A stretch of 64,000 nucleotides of DNA. Origin: Geosiphon pyriformis uo1. Lineage: Eukaryota > Fungi > Glomeromycota. Location: contig JAAOMT010000201.1 of the NCBI GenBank assembly GCA_016748015.1, positions 442,224 through 506,223 on the forward strand, given 5' to 3'. Under the pieces are notes generated by a model that was given only the letters and a program-made list of their open reading frames with translations, was not told the DNA's origin and did no database searches. Below are positions 49,901 through 64,000 of this stretch, piece by piece. Each line of letters begins with the position of its first letter. Positions within the stretch are counted from its first letter, which is position 1. A program made the position numbers and the translations under genes.

Positions 49901-52900
49901 CAGCTAATAATCATTTTTAGTAAATTTTAAATAGATTAATTATATTTATTTCAAATCAAACATAGCTTTTCATTTTCTGAAGGAATAACTTTGAATAGAT
50001 AAATATATACTTTATATGTTAAAGTAAAAATTACGCTGTCTGAATTAGAATGTATATCAAATTTTTATCTCATAATAAATATTATTTGTTTTTATTAACT
50101 GTTTCCTAATATATGTAATTGCAATTTATTAAATATTTGCAGCGAAAAATTCTTAATTTTTTAGAACATATTAATGGCAATCAAAAATTAATTTAATTTG
50201 ATAATTTTCAATAATTTGTAATAACCAGTTGTTAAAGATTATCATGAACAAAAAATTTATTATCATAAAATTCTTTCAACTGTTTTTATAAAGCTTAACC
50301 GTTTTCAAAGATCCATATTGGAAAATTTCTGAATTTTTTTGAGTGAATTTCCTATTGACTTTAATTGGAAATTATTTCGAAAGAATTTTCTGGTTAAAGC
50401 AAAGTCTTAAACCAAACATAAAAAACATTATTTTTATTAACATTGCAGATATTCCTCATTTCAACCACTTGTTATCAACTTACTATTAAAATATATTCTG
50501 GTTTGTTTTTGCAAAACAACAAAAACATTTACTCAAAAATGTTAATTTAAATATTTAATAAGTTTTGAAAAAACATTAAAGGCTATTTGCGTCCTTTTTT
50601 TTGAAACAAACTATTCAGATTTATATGATCTTTTATATATTTATATGAATATGTTTAATAAAAAGTTGACTAAACTTTACTGCGATTAAAAAATAATTAA
50701 ATCTTATGTAAAAATATTAAATATTAAAACTCTTGTGTTTCAATTTAATAAAACTTTTAAATATATTTACTTATAATTTTTTGATGGGATTACAAATAAA
50801 AATGTGCTTTTTAAATAAATTTGACATTACATTATGTGTTAATTAAACATCCTATGATTTGCGCCCATTTGAATAGCCGCCTTTAGTTACTTGAATTCTT
50901 CCTTCCTTGTTTTCCAAATGAATTAATAGATCTAGTTCCAGTAAACTCTTATCTAAACTCTATCAATGAGAAATGAATTAACTGCAAGTTTTGAAGTTGA
51001 TGGATAATTGTTTAATATTTTAAATTCAAATAGTTCGCGTGTGTAAATTAAAATTTACTTAAAAGTTAATTTTTAAAGATGTCGTCAAGAAACATTTTTG
51101 AGAAAAATTCTTGAATACAGACTCTAGTCAACGGGAAATATTTGTTTTTTATAACTTGGCAACTTTCGTTGCGATGATTAATATGATTAATTAATTACCC
51201 TTTAGAAAGATCCATAACAAGAAGTCAGATAAATCGTTTGCCTATTAAGGACTGTCAAAGTTTCAAATTGACTAAAATGGTGTAAGAGATTTTTCTGTGA
51301 AACTCAGAAATTTTTTAAATTTTTTTTTTGATTTTAATGAGAAATATACTTTAATTATCAGCAATTATTTTATGACTCAATAATTTGTTTGAATCAAAGT
51401 TAAGCTATTTTAAACAAAAAAATTATGGAAATAAAAACAGGTATCCAAATATTTCCGCAAAATTTTAAAATTAAGATCAAAATATGTAATATTTTAAGCT
51501 TGACTAAAATGTGAATTATTTTGTTTTGCAAATTTATTATTTTTATACTAAATTAATAACTTAGCATATAATTTTATTTCTAATAATACAGTAATCTCTT
51601 ATAAATCCATGCCCTTAAAACCAACTATATTCATGTACTTGAAAAGAGTATGCACTTAAAAAATACCCAATAAAAAAATAAATATTATTTTAATATGTAA
51701 TTAGTTAATGAGCCAATCAAAACTACCTTAACTAAATCTATTATTATTTATAATATCTCTCAATTTTAATACTTTCACATCTTCTAAATCAAAACAAATC
51801 CTAACAGACAGCAAGTGTATGAATTCTCATTCTTATTACAGATAAAACCAGACTTTTCAAGCTTAGCTTTAACAGTTGTTGTCAGCAGCCAGACTTTTTT
51901 TATATTTTCTGATTATTTTATCTGTTTCTTTTTTGTTTTAAATTAAGCAACAAGTCTCCTTATACTATTTCTTAAGCACCAAGTCTATAATTAAAGAAAT
52001 TTTATTGAAGATATTATCACAAAAATCCAATTTGCTTTTATAAATGCAAGATTATACAGAACTTTAAAGACATGTGACTTGGCATTAAGAAATATTTTTA
52101 CTAATATCGGAACTTTTCTTTGCTGTTAATTCTTAACCAACTTCTTCCTTTGTATACAATTAAGTACAAATCTGCTCTTAGTATTTATAATGGCCATTTA
52201 GTAATTAAAAAAATAAGACCTGTAAAATGTCTGTAATTAGAATAGTTGCTATTTTATTACTTGCCATAAATCTTTAATTTCAACTTCAAAATGTAGAAAA
52301 TCAAAAACAGCTTTAAAGAGATTGTTTCTTGGTAAAATTTATATATATATTTATTAAATATATTAAAACTGCACAGTTTACTGCTGTAAATTTATTTTAA
52401 ACTTTAAAGAATTTATTGTTTGTTACAAATAAAATTACAAAAACTCCATCTACTAAATCCAAAACGTTTAGTTTTATTAGTTATAGCAGATTGCATAAAC
52501 AATTATATTAATTTAAAATATATTGCATCTGAATCTAATAATATTGAAAGTAATATTATTATAGCCACTAGAAAAAATATTTTTGGAAAAATTATGTATT
52601 TTAGGACTGATAAATCAATTAAAAATTTGGCAAAATAATATTAAGCATAAAACTAATGTGTATTTTAATAATTTGGATGAAAGTTTAGGTGATTTCTTTA
52701 ATAGCATCATTTTTTTATAAAAACTGAGCTTAAAGCTATAATTTTAGTATTGTTATGTATGCCCATTTATTCAATTGTAAAATTTAACTCATTATATAAA
52801 GATTTATAATTTGAGAACAAAAAGGTTTCAAAAATTTTGTTTCAACTTAAAAATACTTTCAAACATGCAAATAAATTTAAATTAACATACATTATATAAG

Positions 52901-54500
52901 TATTTTTTGGTAATAAATATAAATTAAAACACTATTAAAATATGTATCAATATTAGTTTATTATAAGCTTATTTTTTACTTTAATAAACTTAGCAATTTT
53001 TTCTGTAAATCTTATATATTTTTTGTATTGTTTTCTTAAAAAAAAAATTATATATACAGTTTTTAAATTAGTATTTTATATATATTTTACTAATTTTTAT
53101 ATTTTTAAAACAATAAAATTTTTAATATTTGTTAATTATAAGAGAATTTAATTTGTAAGAACCATTAACATTTATACATAATATAATTAAAAATTGTTTT
53201 ATTTATTTATAATTTTCGAAACATATAGTTGCCAATATTTAATTTGGGTTCTAATTTGTAAAATAAAAATATAAATAAAATAAAAAAATAATCTTTTAAC
53301 TTGTATTATTAAAATTTTACTTATAAAAAACTCAGCTTTATTTATATTAGAACAAAATTTTTCTTTTTAATAATAGAATATTAGCCATAATAATTTTTTT
53401 AACAAATATAGTTTTTTTTTCAAGCTTTTATTAATGAATATAATAGTAATTCTTAAATTTTTGAAGTTATTTTACAGAAAATTGCAATGTATCTTAGAAT
53501 TTTATTTATTTATTAATAAGTATGGTATTACTTAATAATTTTTGGTATTAATAATTCAAACTAATTTCTTTAAGTACAAATCCAAATTTTGGATAAAAAA
53601 CTGATTTATGCTACTTCGTTTATGAATTAATAATTTCAAATTAAGTAGTTTATCTTTTATTTTTAGGATACAAAAAATAATACTTTAAGTTTCTATTGTT
53701 TCTAAACTAATTAACATATTAAGTTAAGGTTTTTTTATTTTTACAAACATAAATATGAAAAGCTTGCTTTTAAAAATAGTTATTTAAAAACCATTTTTTA
53801 AAAAATAAAATTTAGTTTTTATGTTACTCTTAATAATTATGATTTTAAAACAAAAAATGGAAAAAAAATATCTTTAATTAATTTAGACATAGTTTGCTAA
53901 TAAAAAGTAAATATTCAAAAAGCAATACTAATCTTTAAATTAACATATGTAAAATATGCCAAAAGATATATGAATAACAAATGAAATTACATAAGATTTA
54001 AAATATTAACATAAGAGTTCATAATTAACTTATACTACATCAAAAAATTAAACTAAAATTTTCACATAAAATAATTGCAGTAAAAAAATAAGCTTATATT
54101 GTTTTTTAAATAGCTTTTAGATAAAAATTGTTTATATATATATACTTAAAATAAAACCCTTTCAAAAATTACACTAAAGCTTAAATTAACATATATAAAA
54201 TAGCTTGAATATTTAAATAAAGTTGTAATTATATAGTATTCAAAATATTATCACAAAAGGCTATAACCAATTTATGGAATGCCAAAAAAACTAACTAAAA
54301 CCTTATGTCGAGTGGTTTTTGTAACAAAAGCAAGACAAGTTTGTATTATTTTTCTTAAATAGTTTTATGTAAAAAACAAGCATATCCTCTAAAAATTGAA
54401 GCTTTTGCTTTTTGATTATTATTTTAGCCAGTCTTTTACAAAAATAAAATTTTTTATTGTTTTTGTTTTAAATTTAGAAGCATTTTTAAATAAATTTATA

Positions 54501-54525
54501 TATAGTGATATCTCCCTAAGTGCAC
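54501..54525 (+). mobile_element. Degenerate TIR of the same family as the 21284-21566 element
   Basis: TATAGTGATATCTCCCTAAGTGCAC versus TACAGTGATACCTCCATAAGTGCAC (22/25 identical). Confidence 0.55.
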
Positions 54526-54939
54526 ATTTTGAAAATAGAAAATATTAATTGATTGTTGAGTCTAATTTTAATAATTAAAGATGTAACATTCTACACCATA
54601 AAAATCAGTTTCATAAAAAGCATTTTAATAATAGAATTTTATTTAAATAACCCTTTCTTATATTATGAGTTTTGATTTTTTTAATAAATTTTATTAGTGC
54701 TTTTTTTGATCGTGATTGCCGGTTTTTTCTTAGTTATACTTTTCCAATTTTATATTGAATTCTGGTCAAATACACCGAGCTGTATGTATTTTCATATTAT
54801 ATAGGCAAAAAAATGTATTTGTGACCTTTAAATTATTTTTAGATCAAAGAACAATAAATATATGCTTCAGATTAAATTATTATTCTACAATTTAATATTT
54901 CAAATTTTTTATTTAATTGATTTAAAATATAATTTAATA

Positions 54940-55694
54940 TTTATAACCATATTTCAAAAAATTGCCAAAAGTATCATTCGATAAAAGAAATATATCTGAA
55001 AAACAAAATCACATTTGTTCAAAGTAAGAATTGACATTATTATAACCTCTGTTATGGTAATTAACTTTTCATATAATAACATGTCAAAAATTTTAATCTA
55101 ATCAGATATCTCCAAAATAGGTAATCTTCATGACTATTCTATACTCAAATATTTTAGCGTTTTGCGTGAATCCCATTAATTCCAATATGTATAATAGATT
55201 CCCGCTCTTAATGAAAATATATTTACCTGTAAAAAATAAAAGAAATAGTTATTTAAAGTTGAATAAATTTTTTTTCTCTCTAAAGAGTTTATCACTGTTC
55301 TGCAAAGATTGGCCCATAAATTTTATTGCACTTCTTTTCCAAATTTCCTTTCCCAACACCACGTTTTTTGTTATTTTACATTTCTTACTGTCATTATGTC
55401 TTACTGTAGTCCGGTCAATTTCCGTTAATTCACCTTGCTATTAAAATGTACCGAATTCTCCCTGGCCCAATCTTGGAAAAATCGCTTAAATCCTTTCATA
55501 GAATTCATTCAAAATAATATATTCGGTCTTTTGGATTTATGAATTAGATTTTGTAATATCTCGCCGACGGCTTTGTTGCTGCTTGAAAAGTTCTTGCATC
55601 GTATTTCACAAAAATAGAAACTTGCATATCTAACACTCTTTTCTCCAATTGGTTTGGATACTTTTTTTGACACAATTCCAATGGGTGCAATCAT
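54940..55694 (-). pseudogene. Highly degenerate class 3 lipase-like paralog
   Basis: Collinear weak matches to the 56848-58020 relic across frames and stops: VRYASFYFC, RFFQDW, IKFMGQSL, an intron acceptor, ITYFGDI, DFV, EIWL. Confidence 0.4.
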
Positions 55695-56847
55695 GAGCTT
55701 CTGGGCGAGATTCTTTTAATTTTAAGGTTTTCTATTGAGTGTATCAAATCTGAATATTTATTATGAGGACGTGGGTAAATAGAATTTAGTAAAATTTAAA
55801 AAATAAGATATTAAAGGTTATGTTTAGATGTGAAATTTCCCAATGTATTCTCTACGACACACAAGGTTCACAACTAAGAAAGTGGTTAAGTCCTGTCTTG
55901 TATATCACACCTGCGTTATTTTAAATATTAAAGCGGTAAATAATAAGTTCCAAAAAGGAAATCAAAAATCATTTATTCTTTTCACCCATCAAAATTTTAA
56001 ATCAGCCAGCTAAAGCTTCATTTTATAAGAGATTTTTTTAGCGAAAACTAGACTCTTAAAATTGAAACCACATAGTTTCAGACTTTTCAGTCATTAGTAC
56101 CTGCCTCATATTGAGAACTCGTTATTACCATGACTATTTATACGCTATTATAAATTTAACCTAGCTCTCTAAGGATAAATTGAATTTTTATCATTGCACA
56201 ATTTTATCCCATGTATCAAATTTTTGTTTTAATCATTTAATATATCACTTATTAAAAAGTTTTTGTTATTGTCAATAGGTTTAGAAAAAATTCTATATAT
56301 TCTTTTGTTTTAATCTTTAATACTATTTTAATATTTTCAGGAGGGGAACCAACGTCTAGGATATCTTGACAAAAACCACTCATAACTCATAGTTAATCTA
56401 GATACATATATATCCAAATCTCAGTTTATCATTTTATCTCCAGAAATATTCATATGACCCATCTAGGTGATTAGAATATCAAACTTATTTAGTGAATATA
56501 AGAAACTGAATAAATTAAGTGAACAAACTTGAGATCAATTGTGAATTAATTGGTATACTTATATTTTATGAATTTAATAAGTAGCACGAATACTACATAT
56601 AATTAGAATTTCAATCATTTCTCAAAAACATACTTTAAATAAATTCAGCAATGTTCTCAAAAAGGTATTTTATTATAAATGTTTGTATTCACTGGACATG
56701 AATTTTATTATAAAAAGTATGTAAAAGTTTTATGTATTTTCTGGATACATACATTAATATCCAATTTAAATATTGCTGATCTTCAATTGAAATGGTTTTT
56801 TGAAAGTGGCGAAAACATGGCAAACTTCCAAAATCTAAATTTGTATT

Positions 56848-58020
56848 TTAAGCATAAAAATTATCACACTTTCCTATTGTAGTTGAAAAATAAGGGTTGA
56901 AATGTGCACTCTCACTTGCACCATCTGTGGCAAGATTGCATCTCTGCCAAAAGTAGTTTAAGCGAAATATGAGCAAATAAATTTTAAATATAATATTTTG
57001 AATACTTATAGAAATTCAATCGAAATTATAGAAAAACCTACCGAATTTTCTCCGTAATAGTCTAGATCATCACGAGAATATCCTGGACAATTATAAAGAT
57101 TATAATCCTCGTCAGATGGGCAATCACAATTTTTTGGGACAATCCAATGCTCTCCTTCAGAATGTACATAATCTCTTCCAGTAGTTGCCGGGAAATGGGG
57201 TGCAAAATCGTTTGAGTGAGTGAACCTAAAATGAGTGATTTTATCACTCAAATTTATGGTCATTGCAAATTGAGAATTTCCGACTCTTGGTGATCCAAAT
57301 GTAAAAATCGAGATGCGATATGTAGACCTTGGCATAATATTGCTTAAATGATCATCCAATATGAGCATAGACTAAAATTCAATTTAAAACGGAATTGAGC
57401 TAAAATTCTGATTTTTGATATCAAAAAGTTTTACTAACCTCCTCCAACACCATGCCCTATCAAGTTAATATGATTTAGGGTCTCAGGTTCCTTTTGTCTC
57501 ATGAGCTGCAATATTTGTTGAAAGAAAACCTTACGAATTGTAAGTCTTAAAAAGCTTGTTTGGATAACATCAAAGTGCAGACGTTCAATCCATTTTTTTT
57601 CAAATAATCGCTTATTAGGAGTTTTTCTTTTGGCATTAAATCTTTTTGCTGCCCTTAGAGAATATTTATTATCTTTCTTTATAGGCCCTTGAGGAGATAG
57701 CAAGTTTGAATAGTTAAGAAAGAATTGTACAGAATTTTTGGTTTTATCTATTCTTGAGATTTATTTACATTTTTGATAACTAGAATAAATAAAAAAGGGA
57801 TCGCTAGTATTAATAAAAGAAACAGAATTGAACGGATCTCATGTGATCTAAAAGATTTTTTATTGTGGATAAAATATTTCAACATTCTAATGACGGTAAC
57901 TGCTGTCAGATTAAGGGGAAGGATATAAATGCCAAAGATCCTGATTAATTTCGGATAAATATAGTGAAAATTTGAATCAACACACAAAAAAAATCGGGCA
58001 AATTTTCTTGCAAGTAACGA
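56848..58020 (-). pseudogene. Class 3 lipase-like gene, frameshifted and lacking the catalytic Ser (GHGVGG)
   Basis: GHGVGG, intron, VYA, then a frameshift into IFTFGSPRVGN...RFTHSNDFAPHFP...YVHSEGEHWI...CDC...NCPG...GENS. Last exon 56943-56848 reads RCNLATDGASESAHFNPYFSTTIGKC. The 5' part is degraded. Confidence 0.8.
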
Positions 58021-59199
58021 ATTTTCAATTTATTTATAAACATCTAGAAAATCAAGATAGAAGTTAAAAATTACAACTATTTTATACAGAGACTCATTCA
58101 ATAATAATTCATTGCAAACTATTTTAAGGCTCCATGAATTTCATAGTTTTTCAAGCGATGTTTTGGAATAAAGAGTAGCTTTTATAGAGCAAATATCTAT
58201 CTGTTCACTAAAATGATGTTTATAGTGTAAGAATAAATATAATAAAAGATTTTACAATCAGGTTTCAAATCGTCAAATCAAATACCTTCTTATATTTGTG
58301 AGACAATCACAACTTAGAAACAAGTCACTGTGAATAATTTTGGCTTTTTAAAGTAATTTATTAGTTTAGCCAGTTCATGTCAGTTTTAAAACAAGATACT
58401 GACTGGTTGAAAGAATTTAATTCTCAAATAATTTTCAACTCAGGTTAAGAAAAATTATATAATTTATTATGTTATTGGATAGAAATATTGATTAAAAAAA
58501 TGAAATTAATGAACTCCTTTTTTTCGTTAGTTTAATTAAAAATCAAAATTTATATTATGACTGGAAAATTTTTTTAGCAAAAAAGCCATATTTAATAAAG
58601 AATCCTAAAACAAAATTTTTGTTTGTTCATTTAAATTTGTAGTTTATTATGATTGAAAGTTTTGAAATGTTTAAGGTCTAAATATTATCAAATGTCTGGG
58701 AAATAAATTAGTTAACCCATATACCCATTTTTTATACCAATTAGTATTGGCCAAAGTAGTATAATGAAAAAGTTTAAATAACATTGATGAGTTATTGGAT
58801 AAAATTATTAAAGCTGAAAATTTGCATGATGGGACATCTCCATTTCATCTTAATATGTAACTATAGGTATGCCCAATCAACAATGTCGAGAAATGTTTCA
58901 AAATCATTTAATTCTAATATATTTTAATATTAATTTTAATTAGTATTTACAAAGAATTATATGATCCCCTAGTTAGTTATTCAGATTATTTAATATATTT
59001 GAATTCTTTCCTCCATCTCCCACAATTCTAGGATCTGAATTGCCTAAAATATTCACACTACTTAGGTCAGTCTGTGAACAAGATTCCCGAAAAAAAAATT
59101 GTGAGGCTTAATTCTTATCTAATGATAATACCGGCTCGCCTATTAAATCATTTTAAAATAATGCACAGTTTTTTTTAAGCACATGTTTTAGAAAGGATT

Positions 59200-59875
59200 T
59201 CGAGGAAGGCAAGTATCTTGTATATCCATATATCAGGCTATTGAGAAGACCAGCTCCTGTAAAGATGGCTCCTGCTATTATGTGGCTAGAAATAAGTGAG
59301 CTGAGGAATAAAGGAATTTTAAATAAGGGGAAATTGTAAATGTAAACTCTGTAGACTTCCTAGGTCATGCTACTTGATATCCAAATATTACTACGAAACT
59401 TTCTTATAATGATATCATACGTACATTTGTATGAGTTTTTTGTAGTAGTACAAAATAAAATAACAGCTAGTCGAAATTTTAAGCTCACCTGATGCTAAGG
59501 GTTAATTAAGATCAGATAAATAACGGGATATAAAATATATGCCTTTTTTCTTCGTTGCAACTTCAAACCGTTTCCTGATTTTTCCTGTAACTTTCCTCGA
59601 GAACGATAAAACATCTTAAACATAATCTCATATAAATTTGACATGATAAAAGCCCGTATTACTATAATTCTGTAATGAAAACCATTCCTATATCCTGCTT
59701 ATTATATCCAACATCTAAAATCTTTTTCCAAAAAACTGCAACACAACTGACATATGTATTTTTTTAAATTTCATAAACCCCACAAATATCTATTCTTTGA
59801 CAATAGCAGCTGTTTTTGACGGACAATTATCTGAATTAATACAAAATATGCAACCATATAAGCGACTAGTAAAGC
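59200..59875 (-). pseudogene. Possible further degenerate lipase-like relic
   Basis: Fragments in collinear order: GCIFCINSD, SVVLQFFG, TGFYH, a G|GTGAGC donor, VVIFG, AHLFLAT, DIWI. Many stops. Confidence 0.25.
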
Positions 59876-61422
59876 AAATTGAACAATAAACAAAGTGTGG
59901 TCGACAATATATTTTTGGCTGCTAGCATGTTACCTTCTATTTCAGCTATAAAGTATTTAGCAATCATTTTTTTTGGATTTTTTATGAAGGATTTTATGTT
60001 CACCAAACTTAGAAATATCATTACCTGAACAGCTTAATCGCGAGAGCAGCTTGAAAGATTCTTTTTCCCTTCGCTGACATGATGATAGATGTACTGAAAA
60101 CATATATAAATTTTTATTTGACAATCACTGTAGGAGATTAATGAAATACAATCTTGTATGTACATTCCTCGAGTTTTTAGTTAGCTTAACTGGCAAGATT
60201 ACATATTTTGTTGCCCCTTGAGAAAAACATAATAATAATCTGTCTTATTAGCTTTGTAAATCACCAATATATACATTAATATTGTATTAAATAGAAATTC
60301 AGAGATGGAAAAAGAAGCTTGCTAGAAACAGAGATAGAAAGACAACAATATATTTTTTGGCTAATTTGAAAAATCCAGAGAATTTAAATGAAGTGCCACC
60401 GGTGTTTATCTAAAATATTACTTTTCTCACTGCTATTTATTCTTTTTTTTATATGTGAATCATTTAAAAGATAAACATTATTATCAAGGGTGGGACTTTA
60501 ATAGATTGCAATTAATAATCTTTACTCATTGAATAAATAGAATATGTAATTAATAAATCATATCTTATATTATGCTTATTTTTTATGCTTATTTTCATTA
60601 TTAGATTTTTTAAATATATTTTATAAATTCAAATTCAACTGATCATTTAATTTCTATGATTTTTAAATATACAGTAATTAACAGCTAATATTTTTTATAA
60701 TGCTATTTCAATTTAATATAATAATAAGTTAAATTATTTTTGTATTACTTTTGACTAAGGTTTTAATTGTCTATTTTGAATTATTAAATTTGGGTTTTAA
60801 TATTTAAAATTAAGAATTGTCTATGAATTTTAGATTTTGGAGTCATCAAAATTCGAAGTTTAATAACAATGTTTGAATAAAGAAAAAATTCTTTCGTGAT
60901 TAATTATTTTATTAAACTTTTGTATATTTTGCTTTAAATCTATAAATTTTAACAAACTTTTATAAAGCTATAAATTTAAGATATTGCATATAATTTAAAT
61001 TAACTTTTGGTCTTAAAATTAGTTAATCTTAATTTTTTAATAAAATAAATAATAAAAATGAATAACTAAATAATGAAATATATAATAAATAATAGATAAT
61101 AAAATAATAAAATATCAAAATTTTTTCAATGTTTTCCAACTGGTAACATTATAAATTTGATTGTTAATTTTTTATCAAATGTATATAAATGAAAATTTTT
61201 AAGACTTTAAAAAAATATTAATTACACATAAGACAGTGTTTTTTTTAAAAAATTAAAAGTATCCAAATTTTTTTTGGCAAAAAGTAGAAGATTTGCTTTT
61301 ATAATTTATTGGATAAATAGATGTTAACAAATATCTGATACTTGATATTTTTATACATTCAAGTTATAACTTTTTTAGTTAATATTAGCAATTCTATAAT
61401 AATTAAGCAATTAATTGTAAAT

Positions 61423-61455
61423 ATATTATTATTATTACTATTATTATTATTATTA
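61423..61455. repeat. (TTA)n microsatellite
   Basis: Imperfect attattatt run. Confidence 0.75.
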
Positions 61456-64000
61456 ATGACACAAATTTTGCAATTAATAAAACAATGTACATTGATTACT
61501 CTGCTGTGTCTTAGGAATATCTATTTTTTTGCTCAAATTTTAAAATTAAATATACTGTTTTCTTATTTTATTAATATTATGTAATTGTTTTATTCTATTA
61601 ATGATTGCCCAATAACTTTTTACTATTGTTAAAAAATATTAGAATAAATCATACTATTTCTATGATATTATAATTTTACTGTATATTATTTAAAAAAAAA
61701 TTTATTTTGAATATTTGTAATCATTATAGATATAAAGATTTTATAAATTATCAATATAACTTTTAATTTAAAACTAAGCATATTTTAAATTAAAAGAGTA
61801 ATTTGATAAAATCCTTTGATTTATTGTTTTACTACATAAAAATAGCTTGATTTTTTTTTACAATTATTTGAGTTAAGAGAATAAGTTAAAAGAATTTTCC
61901 ATTATCTCCATAATTTTTTCTTCGTTTGGAGAAAATTGACCATCATAACTACTATATATCACGATTATCCCATCGTGCTCGGACACGAATATGTTGACAA
62001 CTGATTAAGTCCCTTTTAATTAATTGGGTATATCATTTATTTCATTGATAAACTCTTATTATTAAAATAAAAAAGGTATGTTTGTTTGCAGAGCAATTTT
62101 TTTTATGGATTTGTTTTCTATTACCCAAAATCTCAATCTTTTACTAATAGACACTTGAAAATTCGAATAAATCTATTATAGATGTTATGAAAAAGACACG
62201 ATGGAAAGATCGCTATAACGTCTAATTACCTTTGATATTTCCTTTTGAAGCTAAGGAAACTAGCCTATTTAAATCCTCATTAATTTGAAAAAGATTAATA
62301 AGAAAGTGACATACTCTGCGAATAATTTCCCATGCTCAATTCTTTTGCCGAATTTCTATTTTTATTCTGTATTTACCGCTGAAACTAAATTGAAAATGTA
62401 ATATTCAACAGAATTATTTTTTATGCTATTTCTCTAACTAGAAAACTAATATAATTAAATTTTATTCCTATTTGATTAATGGAGGATATAATCATTGGAA
62501 ATCATCGATCATTGTCTTACTCTTGCTCAGAATAAATTTGCTTTCACATCATTTCTTATATTATTAACAATTTAGTAAGAAATTTATACTCCTAAATACA
62601 AACCCAACTTGAAAAAGCAGTTTCAATGGAAATAATAAAGAATTTCATTTGCGATTAGCCTCGAAAAATTATGCTTTAAATATATCATTAGTACCTATAA
62701 TTTTACATTTTTATTCTCTAATTACATGCCACAAATTTTAACTACCAATAGTCTTCCATCACCCAATTGATTATTCAAAGGGTGTTGGATAAATTAATGA
62801 ATAGCGGCGTTCAAGCCCACTACACAGATCGGTCATTCTTATGTTGATAAAATTCGGCAAAACAACCACTTTCAGATGTTACAACAGATGGGTTATTTTA
62901 TGGGTTTATGTATTTGCATCTGAAGTTTATAACAGTGATGAATAGTGCTTTTAGGTTGGGGAATATATTTTAGATGTCGAATATAGGATTCATCACTTTT
63001 TTGAAGATAGGTTTGGCTATCAGTCAAATTTACCATTTTTTGCAGAATTTATAATTTTTCCCGGTTTAAACGAATTTGTTTGATAAAAAATTGAAAGCTT
63101 TTAGTCTAATCCATATTTGTAGGAAATGAGTTTTCGTCCATCAATGAAATATTATTTCAACTTATGTTACATTTTATCTTTGTGACCTATAATACATAAC
63201 CCCAGGAAACAAAACATTAAGCTACAAAAGATAGCCTGAAAATTAGAAAAAACTATACAATTGATATCGAATAAGTTGGAATTTTAGCCGAAAACATATT
63301 CATTTGAAATCAGGCCAGAATTCTGATTTTTGTAAATATGAGCCTAGGCATCGTTAATAAACGGTTAAAAGTAACCATTTTTATTATTTATATCGGAGCT
63401 TGAATTTATTATTTGCTAACTTAACCAAAAACCAAATCTAAATCTGAAAAAAAGGCTTTTATTTTAAAAAAAACTCATAAAGATTAAATAATAATAAATG
63501 AAAAGCTTACAATTTGTAGAAAATGTAGTTTCGGGAATTATTTGACTTTTTATACCTTTTCGTGTCATGGATAGTTTCTTGTATCAATTTTTCTTGTCCT
63601 AAAATGAAAATTTTTCACTATCCCAGTTAACTTTTTTAACACTACCAAATCCTCCTTCTCTAACTTTATCGTAAAATTCAATTTCGCCGAGAGAATTTCA
63701 TTCCAAGCAGCCACAAAAATTGACTAGGTATGGTTTATGTAATAATTTAAATAAATAAATATTTAGAAACTGCTTAATAAACTTAGTCAATAAATTATTA
63801 CAAAAATGCTAAACCTCAATATTACCTTGATATTCAGACCAAAATCGTTAAACCTTTAAATTTTCAACTTTTTTAGTTGTTTTAGGCGTCCTTCACTTTG
63901 CAAATATTTTGTGCATCGTTGCCTTGAGATTGAGTAAATAATCAATTTTAAAACAGATTATAAAATTTAATCTATTAAGCATAGGATAAAAAATATTTTG

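Overview
This is very AT-rich, intron-containing eukaryotic DNA. Gene content (a PUFA-type elongase, MATA-type HMG boxes, lipase-3-like relics, an EDIPQ-motif membrane protein) is most consistent with a Glomeromycotina or related Mucoromycota fungus; that lineage call is an inference. Hand-spliced GT-AG models give: two small His-brace LPMO-like genes (1-249, partial; 5479-6053), a 10-exon membrane protein, a fatty-acid elongase, a PX-domain protein, a head-to-head inverted pair of secreted Gly/Tyr/poly-Ala (silk-like) pre-pro-proteins, a type I membrane protein whose paralog appears split in two by an inversion, a putative GPI-anchored protein, an F-box protein, two HMG-box factors (one preceded by a dense cluster of CATTGT HMG-binding motifs) and a group of decayed class 3 lipase-like genes. 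Tc1/mariner- and pogo-like transposon remnants are scattered through the AT-rich deserts. Two assembly artefacts are visible: an exact Tn5/Nextera mosaic-end sequence at 1340-1358, and a 573-bp duplication flanking a 20-N gap. No rRNA, tRNA or CRISPR array was recognised.
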